A DNA stretch of 64,000 bases. Source: an uncultured Rhodothermaceae bacterium. Its GTDB lineage: Bacteria > Bacteroidota > Rhodothermia > Rhodothermales > DASSAV01. The stretch spans positions 1,836-65,835 of the forward strand of contig CBDTTW010000001.1 in the NCBI GenBank assembly GCA_965363675.1, read 5' to 3'. The translations under genes were made by a program, and so were the position numbers. Shown piece by piece: positions 17,650-26,033 of the stretch (positions are counted from its first letter, which is position 1; the number at the start of each line of letters is the position of its first letter). The notes below the pieces were generated by a model. That model saw only the letters and a program-made list of their open reading frames with translations. It made no database searches and had not been told where the DNA came from.

Positions 17650-18327
17650 ATGACCCCGCAACAACGACGCATCGTAGTGATCGGTACGGACGGCATCTAC
17701 GGCACGGTAGACGCCGACGACCTGGACCGGGGAGCGCCCGTGCGCTGGACGCTCGACTCGGGCGAGACGGTCATCGTGCCGCGCGAGCTGTTCACGGAGA
17801 GCATCGACGGCAGCTACCGCGTAGCCCTCGGCAAGGAAGATCTGGCTTCCTATGCCGGCGCCGAGCCGGAGGCGCCCGCCGAGGCTGCCTACGCCGACCG
17901 CACGGCGCTGCGCTCGGAGCGCGCCGACTTCGAGGCGGCCCGCGCCGCCGAGGAGGTGGTGCCGCTCGTCGAGGAGGAGCTGGTCGTCGGCAAGCGCGCC
18001 GTCGAGAGCGGCAAGGTGCGCGTCACCACCCGCGTGCACGAGCGCGAGGAGGTGGTCGATGAGCCGCTGCTGCGCGAGGAGATCGACGTGCGGCGCGTGC
18101 CGGTAGGGCGCGTCATCGAGCGCCCGCTGGAAATCCGCACCGACGGCGACACGACCATCATTCCGGTATACGAGGAAGTGCTGGTCGTCGAGAAAAAGCT
18201 CATGCTGAAGGAAGAAATCTACCTCACCCGGCGGCAAACGCACCACCGCGACGCGCAGCGCGTCACCCTCCGCTCGGAGGAGGCCGTTGTCGAGCGCATC
18301 CGGGGCGACCACCGGGAGACTTTGTAG
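17650..18327 (+). CDS. YsnF/AvaK (DUF2382) domain stress-response protein
   Basis: Start re-picked at MTPQQRR. 'VPLVEEELVVGKRAVESGKVRVTTRVHEREEVVDEPLLREEIDVRRV' and 'IPVYEEVLVVEKKLMLKEEIYLTRR' are the DUF2382 repeat signature. Confidence 0.8.
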   Translation: MTPQQRRIVVIGTDGIYGTVDADDLDRGAPVRWTLDSGETVIVPRELFTESIDGSYRVALGKEDLASYAGAEPEAPAEAAYADRTALRSERADFEAARAAEEVVPLVEEELVVGKRAVESGKVRVTTRVHEREEVVDEPLLREEIDVRRVPVGRVIERPLEIRTDGDTTIIPVYEEVLVVEKKLMLKEEIYLTRRQTHHRDAQRVTLRSEEAVVERIRGDHRETL

Positions 18328-18483
18328 CACCCCAACGGCCTGGGCCGCCCGCACACGGCGCCCTGCCGCAGCACACCCCGCACATACATCCACCCCTCAC
18401 CTCACCCCTGCATCCTGCTCGTCGCCACGATAGGATCGCATACTCTAATCACCATACAAGTTCAATTCTAAAGGAGGTTTAAG

Positions 18484-19710
18484 ATGGCTAAGACGATTGT
18501 TGGCCTGTTTGACGATTTCGCCCATGCGCAGCAAGTCGTGCGCGACCTGGTGGACCATGGGTTCCGCCGCGAAGACATCAGCCTCATCGCCAACGACGCC
18601 GCCCGCGAGCATTCCACGACGCTCGGGCTCAGCGATAACACGGCGGCCGTGGCGGACGACACCGCTTCCGACACCATGAAGGGCGCGGGCATCGGCGCGG
18701 GCATCGGCGGCGTCGCCGGGCTGCTCGTCGGGTTGGGCGCGCTCGCCATTCCGGGCGTGGGCCCCATCATCGCGGCCGGCCCGATTGCGTCGGCGTTGGC
18801 CGGCGCGGGCATCGGCGCGGTGGCCGGCGGTCTCATCGGCGCCCTGACGAACCTGGGCGTGCCGGAGGAGGAAGCGCACGTCTACGCCGAGGGCGTCCGT
18901 CGCGGCGGCACGCTCGTCGCCGTGAAATCCTCGGATGAGGATGCAGATAAGGCCGCGGACATCATGTCGCGCCATAACCCGGTCGACATCGACCGCCGTT
19001 CGACGATGTACCGCGAAAACGACTGGAAGGGTTTCAGCCACGAGGCCGAGCCGTACCGCCACGAAGACATCCACGCCGAGCGCGAGCGCGTGGGCAACGT
19101 CGAGCGCGTGCCGGTCGTAGAAGAGGAGCTTACGGTGGGCAAGCGCGAGGTCCAGCGCGGCGGCGCGCGGGTGCACACGTGGGTCGAGGAGCGCCCCGTC
19201 CAGGAGCAGGTGCGCCTGCGCGACGAGACGGTGCACGTCGAGCGCCATGACGTAGACCGCCCGCTCACGGATGCGGACGCCGCCGGGGCCTTCCGCGAGC
19301 GCACCATCGAGATGACCGAGACCGACGAGGAAGCGGTGGCCGCCAAGCGCGCCCGCGTCACGGAAGAAGTGGTCATCAGCAAGGACGTAGATGAGCGCGT
19401 CGAGACGGTCAGCGACACCGTGCGCCGCACGAACGTCGAGGTGGAGAACACCGGCGGCGCCTTCGGCGGCGACGAGGACTACCGGACGCACTTCAACAGC
19501 ACCTACGCCAACCGCGGCTACACCTACGAGCAGTTTGCTCCGGCCTATGGGTTCGGCAGCGAGCTGCGCCGCAGCGGCCGCTACACCGGCGACTGGAACG
19601 CGCACGAAGCCGACTTCCGCCGCGACTGGGAGGGCCGCTACGGCGCCCAGGGCAAGTGGGAGGATTTCAAGGACGCCGTGCGCCACGGCTGGGACCGCAT
19701 GACCCGCTAA
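18484..19710 (+). CDS. General stress protein: YflT/GsiB-17M-like N-domain, glycine-zipper membrane segment and YsnF/DUF2382 domain
   Basis: Strong RBS aaggaggt. 'MAKTIVGLFDDFAHAQQVVRDLVDHGFRREDISLIAND', then 'GAGIGAGIGGVAGLLVGLGALAIPGVGPIIAAGP', then 'VPVVEEELTVGKREVQRGGARVHTWVEERPVQEQVRLRDETVHVER'. Confidence 0.85.
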   Translation: MAKTIVGLFDDFAHAQQVVRDLVDHGFRREDISLIANDAAREHSTTLGLSDNTAAVADDTASDTMKGAGIGAGIGGVAGLLVGLGALAIPGVGPIIAAGPIASALAGAGIGAVAGGLIGALTNLGVPEEEAHVYAEGVRRGGTLVAVKSSDEDADKAADIMSRHNPVDIDRRSTMYRENDWKGFSHEAEPYRHEDIHAERERVGNVERVPVVEEELTVGKREVQRGGARVHTWVEERPVQEQVRLRDETVHVERHDVDRPLTDADAAGAFRERTIEMTETDEEAVAAKRARVTEEVVISKDVDERVETVSDTVRRTNVEVENTGGAFGGDEDYRTHFNSTYANRGYTYEQFAPAYGFGSELRRSGRYTGDWNAHEADFRRDWEGRYGAQGKWEDFKDAVRHGWDRMTR

Positions 19711-19746
19711 AGCGCGTCGCAGGTCTGTAGCATTGTGGTAGTACAA

Positions 19747-19780
19747 GGCAGGGAGGCCGCGCGGTCTCCCTGCCTTTTTT
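19747..19780 (+). terminator. Rho-independent terminator after the stress cluster
   Basis: Stem ggcagggag / ctccctgcc with a 10-nt loop, followed by TTTTTT. Confidence 0.85.
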
Positions 19781-19879
19781 ATGCGCTCCCTGCTCCGGGA
19801 GGGGCGCCCCTGTGCGCCGGCGGAACGGCGCCGGGGGCCGCGCGGTTGTATGCGCAGAGACACCCGGCAAAACGAAGTT

Positions 19880-21046
19880 ATGAGCACCCACGGCAAGGTA
19901 CTGATGGCGATGAGCGGCGGCGTAGACTCCTCGGCGGCGGCGGTGATGCTGCGCGAGCAGGGCTACGAGGTCGTCGGCATCACGATGAAGACGTGGGACT
20001 ATGCCACGAGCGGCGGCGCCCCGCCGCTCGGCAAGGAAGTCGGCTGCTGCACCCTCGACGCCATGAACGACGCCCGCGCCGTCGCCCTGCGGCACGGCTT
20101 TACGCACTTCATCGTGGACATCCGCGAGGAGTTCGGCGACTGGGTGGTGCAACGCTTCGCGGACGACTATTTCGCCGGGCGCACGCCGAACCCGTGCGTG
20201 CTTTGCAACACGCATATCAAGTGGACGGCCCTGCTCCGGCGCGCCGATGCGCTGGGCTGCGCCTACATCGCCACGGGTCACTACGCGCGCACCCGGCGCG
20301 ACTCCGAGACCGGGCGCACGGTGCTCATGAAGGGTCGCGACGCCGCCAAGGACCAGAGCTACGTGCTTTGGGGCCTGCCGCAAGCCCAACTGGCCCGCTC
20401 GCTCTTCCCGCTGGGCGACTTGCACAAGCCCGAGGTGCGCCGCAGGGCCGAAGCCTACGGCCTGGCGAAGGTGGCCGGCAAGCGCGACTCGTACGAGATC
20501 TGCTTCATCCCCGACAACGACTACCGGGGCTTCCTGCGCCGCCGCGAACCTGAACTGGACGCGCGCGTCGGCGCCGGGCCGTTCCTGCTCCGCAGCGGCC
20601 GGCGCGTCGGGACGCACGAGGGCTACCCCTACTACACCATCGGGCAGCGGCACGGGCTGGGCCTGGCGCTGGGGCGGCCGGTCTACGTCACGCGCATCGA
20701 TGCCGCGACGAACACCGTGTGGGTAGGCCCCAAGGAAGAGCTTCTGGGGCAGACGCTCACGGCGGCGGAGGTGAACATGGTCCAGGTGGAGCGTCTGGAG
20801 GACGAGCGCACTGCGTGGGGCAAGATCCGCTACAAAGACGAAGGCGCGCCCTGCGTGGCGGCGCCCGACGGCGACGCGCTCCGCGTGACGTTCGCCGCGC
20901 CGCGCCGCGCCATCACGCCCGGCCAAAGCCTTGTGCTCTACGACGGCGACGACGTGCTGGCCGGCGGCTGGATCCGAAGCGTGGACGGCCTGACCGCGGA
21001 AGCGCCCGTTTCATCCCTTCCCTACGAACTACCTTTGGCAACGTGA
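19880..21046 (+). CDS. mnmA: tRNA 2-thiouridine(34) synthase
   Basis: Start re-picked at MSTHGKVLMAMSGGVDSSAAAV (PP-loop SGGxDS). 'NPCVLCN..IKW', 'IATGHYAR' and 'KDQSYVLW' are present. Confidence 0.95.
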   Translation: MSTHGKVLMAMSGGVDSSAAAVMLREQGYEVVGITMKTWDYATSGGAPPLGKEVGCCTLDAMNDARAVALRHGFTHFIVDIREEFGDWVVQRFADDYFAGRTPNPCVLCNTHIKWTALLRRADALGCAYIATGHYARTRRDSETGRTVLMKGRDAAKDQSYVLWGLPQAQLARSLFPLGDLHKPEVRRRAEAYGLAKVAGKRDSYEICFIPDNDYRGFLRRREPELDARVGAGPFLLRSGRRVGTHEGYPYYTIGQRHGLGLALGRPVYVTRIDAATNTVWVGPKEELLGQTLTAAEVNMVQVERLEDERTAWGKIRYKDEGAPCVAAPDGDALRVTFAAPRRAITPGQSLVLYDGDDVLAGGWIRSVDGLTAEAPVSSLPYELPLAT

Positions 21047-21053
21047 GGATGCT

Positions 21054-21386
21054 ATGCGCAACCGTATGCTCGCCCTGGCCCTGGCCGTGGCGATGAGCGG
21101 CGGGGCCTGCCGCTCGGCGGACCAACCTTCGCAGGACCTCTCGGCCCCGGCGCCTTCGGAGCGCATCGAGGGCTTCGGGGTGGTGACCTACGTGGACCTG
21201 GAGGGCGGGTTCTTCGGGATCACGATGGAAGACGGCCGCCGCCTGGACCCGCAGCAACTGGAGGAGCCCTTCCGCCGCGACGGCCTGCGCGTGCGCGTGG
21301 TTGCGGAGCCGGTGCGCGGCGTCATGACGACCCGGATGTGGGGCGTAGTCGTCAAACTGGTCGATATTCAGCGCAGAGACGGCTGA
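21054..21386 (+). CDS. Small hypothetical lipoprotein
   Basis: 'MRNRMLALALAVAMSGGC' lipobox. It starts 7 nt after the mnmA stop. I recognise no family. Confidence 0.55.
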   Translation: MRNRMLALALAVAMSGGACRSADQPSQDLSAPAPSERIEGFGVVTYVDLEGGFFGITMEDGRRLDPQQLEEPFRRDGLRVRVVAEPVRGVMTTRMWGVVVKLVDIQRRDG

Positions 21387-22432
21387 GGCGGGGCCTCCAC
21401 GCGCACGACGGCGCAGAGCGCCCCGAGCCGCGACGTGGTGCGCTCGAACTTGTGCGCAATCCCTTTCTCCAGGCCGCTGTGCACCGACTCGGGCCGCAGC
21501 CACTCGGCGGCGGGCGCAGCCGAGGAATAGTAGAACGTGGGCGGCGCCGGCTGCATGTACAAATCATCGACGAGCCAGAGCAGGCGCATGGCCTCGTCGG
21601 CGCCGCCGATGTGGATGTCGGGCAGGTAGAGGCTTTCGCAGCGCGCCAGCCGGCGCAGCAGCCGGGCGTGCTCGGTGGCGGCTGAGGCGGCGATCAGCTC
21701 CGGGTAGGGCATCCATAGCTTGCGCCCGGCGTCGGCCTCGAAGGCGGCGCGCAGATGCGCCCGGGCGGCCTCGGGCGGGCCGATCCAGGCGCGCCCCGGC
21801 TTCCGCTGCCCGGCGCGGTAGTCCTCGCCGCGCACGAGCAGCACCTTGTGGCTTTGCCGAAACTCCTGGCTCAGGAAGCGTCGGAAGCGGTCGTTGCCGA
21901 ACTCGGCCGCCAGAAACCGTTCCGGCTCGACGTTGCTCGTCGCCAGCAGCACCACGCCGAGCGTGTCGAGCGTCTTGAACAGCACCACCAGGCGGGCTTC
22001 GTTGGCCGGGTCGTCTATCTCCACTTCGTCCAGGCACAGCACGTCGTAGCGGTGGGCGATCTCGTGGGCCAGACGCTCCGGGTGCATCGGGAGGCGGTTG
22101 AGCGCGGCCGTGTGGAAAAAGCCGCACCGGATGCCGGGCGCAAGGCTGTTGTACATCGAGGCCATCAGGTGCGTCTTGCCGGTGCCTACGGGCCCCACGA
22201 GGTACAGCCCTTTCCAGTCGGAGCCGGGGCCGCGCCCGAACAGCTTGCGCACCCGGCGGGCGAGCGTCTTGCGGGCGCGCACCTGCTCCGCGAACGCCTC
22301 GGCTTCGCGGAGCGCCTGGGCTTGCGCGGGGTTCTGGGGCTGGTACGAAGCAAACGAGGAGCGGGCGAACCGCGCCGGCAACGCGCCCGGCGGAAGCGAG
22401 GCGTCGCCCTGCAAGAGGGGGGAGGCGTGCAT
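21368..22432 (-). CDS. zapE: AFG1/ZapE-family ATPase
   Basis: Start re-picked at MHASPLL (cat at 22430-22432). Walker A 'LVGPVGTGKTHLM' and Walker B 'VLCLDEVEIDD'. 'LLATSN.EPE.L' and 'RF...L' are typical of the family. Confidence 0.75.
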   Translation of the reverse strand: MHASPLLQGDASLPPGALPARFARSSFASYQPQNPAQAQALREAEAFAEQVRARKTLARRVRKLFGRGPGSDWKGLYLVGPVGTGKTHLMASMYNSLAPGIRCGFFHTAALNRLPMHPERLAHEIAHRYDVLCLDEVEIDDPANEARLVVLFKTLDTLGVVLLATSNVEPERFLAAEFGNDRFRRFLSQEFRQSHKVLLVRGEDYRAGQRKPGRAWIGPPEAARAHLRAAFEADAGRKLWMPYPELIAASAATEHARLLRRLARCESLYLPDIHIGGADEAMRLLWLVDDLYMQPAPPTFYYSSAAPAAEWLRPESVHSGLEKGIAHKFERTTSRLGALCAVVRVEAPPQPSLR

Positions 22433-22765
22433 CGAGGAGCGTCTAGTGGAGTCGTCGGCTAAAATAGGCGCCGCCGCGCCCCGGCGCTCCATCCCCCGGC
22501 CCGAGGTCCGCAGGCGACGAGGCAAAACGCCGCGCGGCGCGGCGGTAAGGGCCGGGGCGCCAGGATTCTGGGCCGTCGACCCATAGGACATGTGATATGG
22601 CATTGATTATGTTGATGTTGCGTCCTGTATCTCGGGCGCAGCGGGCAGGGGGGCATAATTGCAAAGGCTTTACAGTCCCGCCCCGCTGAATTCAACACAT
22701 TACGGTTCAACCGACCGGCCCCGCAGGCGCCGGGTCGGCGGGACTCATGGAGGCAGCGCATCATC

Positions 22766-23131
22766 ATGGAGTGGCGACAAGTCGAACTGGACGCAGGGAA
22801 GATATCGGCGGGCGCGTATCACGCCCTCTGCCGGCGTTTCCAGCGGGCATTCATCCATGCCGGAGCGCCGCAGACCATGGCGCTTTTTACCGGCATGACG
22901 CCGCAGGGCGGCCGAATGGTATACTTCACGCCGGAATGCACGGGCCTGGTGCAGGAGCTGCTCGAAGAGCACGCCGCGCGCCCCTGCGGCCGCCCGCGCG
23001 CCGGAACGGTCACGTTGATCTACGGCGTCCCCGGCGTGGAGCAGCTATTGCTTTACGACCCCCCGCTTCCCGTTTTTCCCGAGCCCTGCTCCCGTCCGGA
23101 CGCGCGGCAGTTTCGCCCGGCCGCCGCCTGA
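22766..23131 (+). CDS. Hypothetical protein (121 aa)
   Basis: ORF with GC-rich third positions, immediately upstream of the response regulator with a 54-nt gap. No family recognised. Confidence 0.45.
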   Translation: MEWRQVELDAGKISAGAYHALCRRFQRAFIHAGAPQTMALFTGMTPQGGRMVYFTPECTGLVQELLEEHAARPCGRPRAGTVTLIYGVPGVEQLLLYDPPLPVFPEPCSRPDARQFRPAAA

Positions 23132-23185
23132 GGCGCTTCCGCTCCCCACACCCCTTTTATACCTTGCACACCCGGTTACCACTCT

Positions 23186-23902
23186 ATGAACGATCACAGC
23201 ATCGACCAACGCCTTCTCGTCGTCGAAGATGACCCACAGCTCAGCGCCGGACTCTCGATGTTCCTGGAGGCGCAGGGGTTCGACGTGACCCTGGCGACCG
23301 ACGGGGACCGGGGTATGGAACAGGCGCTGGCGCTGCCCGGCTACTCGCTGATGATCCTGGACGCGCGTCTGCCCGGCAAAAGCGGCTTCGACATTCTCCG
23401 CGAAGTGCGCAACAAAGGCGTCAGCACGCCCGTGCTGATGCTCACCGGCCTCGGCGGCCACGAGGACAAGATGCGCGGCTTCGACCTGGGCGCCGACGAC
23501 TACCTCACCAAGCCGTTTTCGACGGATGAGCTGCTGGCGCGCGTGCAGGCCATCCTCCGCCGCCGTCAGGTGGCCGCTGAAGACGAAACCGGCTCGTTCG
23601 ACGTAGGCGGCCTGCGCGTGGACATCTCCGCCCGCGCCGTCACCCGCGACGGCAAGCCGGTTGACCTGACCGACCTGGAGTTTCGCCTGCTGCGCTACAT
23701 GATCGTCCACCGCGGGCGCACCGTGAGCCGCACCCAACTGCTCCGCGACGTGTGGCAGCTTCCCGGCGATGTGGAGACGCGCACCATCGACCGCCACGTG
23801 AACGCCCTGCGCAAGGTGATGGACGGCGAGGACGAAGAAAGCTGGCCCATCCGCAGCGTCTACGGGATCGGCTACAAACTCGTCGGAGCCGAGAAAGCAT
23901 AA
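23186..23902 (+). CDS. OmpR/PhoB-type response regulator (receiver plus winged-helix)
   Basis: 'LLVVEDDPQL', phospho-acceptor context 'LMILDARLPGKSGF', and 'LTKPFS'. The C-terminal DNA-binding segment is 'LEFRLLRYMIVHRGRTVSRTQLLRDVW......RTIDRHVNALRKV'. Confidence 0.92.
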   Translation: MNDHSIDQRLLVVEDDPQLSAGLSMFLEAQGFDVTLATDGDRGMEQALALPGYSLMILDARLPGKSGFDILREVRNKGVSTPVLMLTGLGGHEDKMRGFDLGADDYLTKPFSTDELLARVQAILRRRQVAAEDETGSFDVGGLRVDISARAVTRDGKPVDLTDLEFRLLRYMIVHRGRTVSRTQLLRDVWQLPGDVETRTIDRHVNALRKVMDGEDEESWPIRSVYGIGYKLVGAEKA

Positions 23903-23928
23903 GCCTCGATACGACGCCGCCCGCCCCC

Positions 23929-24360
23929 ATGCCCGAATCCCCCGTCGTGGCGACGCTCGCCGGCGCGGAAGAAGCGCTGCGGGCGTACCCCGTGATGCGG
24001 CAGCTCCGGCCGCACCTCAGCCCCGAGCAGTACGCCGCCGCCATGCGCCGCATGATGGCGGCGGGCTACCGCCTGGCCGTCGTGGAAGCCGGCGGAGAGG
24101 TCCGGGCGGCGGCGGGCTACCGCATCGACGAGATGCTGCACCGGGGCTTGGCGATGTACGTCGATGACCTCGTGACCGACGAGCGCCGGCGCTCGGAGGG
24201 CTACGGCAAACTCCTGCTCGACTGGCTCAAGCAGACGGCGCGGGCGGCGGGCTGCCGCGAGCTGCACCTCGACTCGGGGGTGCAGCGCGAGGGCGCGCAC
24301 CGCTTCTACTTCCGCGAGGGGCTCGGGATCAGCGCCTACCATTTCCGCATCACGCTCTGA
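23929..24360 (+). CDS. GNAT-family N-acetyltransferase
   Basis: Start re-picked at MPESPVV. The acetyl-CoA motif is 'VDDLVTDERRRSEGYGKLLLDWLKQTARAAGCRELHLDSG..R..AHRFYFREG'. Confidence 0.85.
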   Translation: MPESPVVATLAGAEEALRAYPVMRQLRPHLSPEQYAAAMRRMMAAGYRLAVVEAGGEVRAAAGYRIDEMLHRGLAMYVDDLVTDERRRSEGYGKLLLDWLKQTARAAGCRELHLDSGVQREGAHRFYFREGLGISAYHFRITL

Positions 24361-24463
24361 AAGCGCGCGCGCTGAATATTAACCGGTTCAGCGTTGACTC
24401 TGGCGGCGCGCGCGTCGAAATTGTCGGGGTGACCTGACCGACCCTACCGACGAGGTTTTCCCC

Positions 24464-25930
24464 ATGCGCACCCTCTCCCGCGTCGCCGCCTGTGCGGCGC
24501 TTTGTTTCGTGCTGGCGGCCGGCAGCGGCTGCAAAAGCTCCGGCGGCTGGCAAACGCTTTTCGACGGCAAGAGCATGAAAGGCTGGCGAGCGAGCGAGCA
24601 CCCCGACGCCGTGAGCGTCCGGGACGGCGCGCTCGTGTGCCAGGGCGAGCGCGCGCACGTGTTTTACGTCGGCTCCGACGCCGAGGCCCCCATCTACAAG
24701 GATTTCGAGTTTCAGGCCGAGGTCAAAACCTCGCCGGGCGCCAACTCGGGCATCTACGTGCACACCGCCTACCAGGACGCCGACTGGCCCCGGCGCGGCT
24801 TCGAGGTGCAGGTCAACAACACCGCCAAGGGCGAGGGCGACTACATCGAGCGCAAGAAGACCGGCAGCCTCTACGGCGTCCGCAACCTCTACAAGCAGAT
24901 CGTTGAGGATGAAGAGTGGTTCACGATGCAGATACTGGTCTCGGGCCGCCGCATCGTGACGCGCGTCAACGGGGAAACCGTAGCGGACTATGTGACGCCG
25001 GAGCCTGCGGGCGCAGGGCGCGCGCTCACGGGCGGCACGTTTGCCATCCAGTGCCACGACCCCGGAAGCCGCGTGGCGTACCGCAACATCCGGGTGCGGC
25101 CGCTGCCCGCAGGCGCCGACCTCGGCCCGGCGCCCGCCCCCGTGCAGGATGCCGTGTACGACCAGATCATGAAGCTCAACGCTTCCAACTTCCCGCTCAT
25201 CGACTTCCACGTGCATCTCAAGGGGGGCATTACGCTCGACCAGGCCCTGGCGAAGTCGCGCGAGACGGGCATCAACTACGGCATCGCCCCGAATGCGGGC
25301 CTGCACTTCCCCATTCAGAACGACGCGCAGATCTACGCCTTCCTCGACAGCCTCAAGGGCAAGCCGGTATTCGTCGGCATGCAGGCCGAAGGGCGAGAGT
25401 GGGTGAACATGTTCTCGCGCGAGGCGATCTCCCGGTTCGACTACGTGTTTACGGACGCCATGACGTTCACCGACGACGAGGGCAAGCGCATGCGCATCTG
25501 GCTCGACGACGAAGTGGGCGAGATCCGCGACCCGCAAGCCTTCGTGGATATGTATGTGGACCGCATCGTCAAGGTGCTTACGAACGAGCCCATCGACATC
25601 TACGTCAACCCCACGTTCCTGCCGACGGCTATTGCCAAGCAGTACGACGCCCTGTGGACGAACGCGCGCATGGACAAGGTGATTGCCGCCGCCGTGCAAA
25701 ACAAGCGCGCCATCGAGATCAACAACCGGTACCGCATCCCGAGCAAGGCGTTTTTGCAGCGCGCGAAGGATGCCGGCGTCAAGTTCTCCTGCGGCACGAA
25801 CAATGCCGGAGCCGAGCTGGGGCGCGCCGAGTACTGCCTGGAGATGATCCAGGCCCTCGACCTGAAGCCGGAGCACATGTTCATGCCGAAAAACACCCGT
25901 TACTTGCAGGGCTCGGTGGCGCGCAACTAA
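24464..25930 (+). CDS. Lipoprotein fusing a DUF1080 (3-keto-disaccharide hydrolase-like, concanavalin fold) domain to an HxH metal-dependent hydrolase (PHP/amidohydrolase-like) domain
   Basis: Lipobox 'LAAGSGC'. DUF1080 hallmarks 'GWQTLFDGKSMKGWR', 'KDFEFQAEVK...ANSGIY' and 'FAIQCHDPGSRVAYRNIRVRPL'. The C-terminal half begins 'LIDFHVHLKGG'. Confidence 0.7.
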   Translation: MRTLSRVAACAALCFVLAAGSGCKSSGGWQTLFDGKSMKGWRASEHPDAVSVRDGALVCQGERAHVFYVGSDAEAPIYKDFEFQAEVKTSPGANSGIYVHTAYQDADWPRRGFEVQVNNTAKGEGDYIERKKTGSLYGVRNLYKQIVEDEEWFTMQILVSGRRIVTRVNGETVADYVTPEPAGAGRALTGGTFAIQCHDPGSRVAYRNIRVRPLPAGADLGPAPAPVQDAVYDQIMKLNASNFPLIDFHVHLKGGITLDQALAKSRETGINYGIAPNAGLHFPIQNDAQIYAFLDSLKGKPVFVGMQAEGREWVNMFSREAISRFDYVFTDAMTFTDDEGKRMRIWLDDEVGEIRDPQAFVDMYVDRIVKVLTNEPIDIYVNPTFLPTAIAKQYDALWTNARMDKVIAAAVQNKRAIEINNRYRIPSKAFLQRAKDAGVKFSCGTNNAGAELGRAEYCLEMIQALDLKPEHMFMPKNTRYLQGSVARN

Positions 25931-25980
25931 GCCGCCCGCCGAACCTCCGCCCGACCCTCCAGCCCCTGCCCCAGGGAACG

Positions 25981-26020
25981 AACCGCGCAGCCTTGCGTAA
26001 GGCTCGCGGTTTTCGTTTTC
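25981..26020 (+). terminator. Terminator-like hairpin with a T-rich tail, ending 14 nt before the speA ATG
   Basis: Stem aaccgcg(c)agcctt / aaggctcgcggtt with one bulge, followed by ttcgttttc. Confidence 0.65.
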
Positions 26021-26033
26021 AGCCCACGCCTGC

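Noticed and set aside
21368-22432. Walker-type ATPase considered as an IstB/DnaC-like transposition helper or defence ATPase
   Set aside because: There is no adjacent transposase, inverted repeats or nuclease partner. Its length and post-Walker-B motifs fit AFG1/ZapE, and its neighbours are housekeeping genes.
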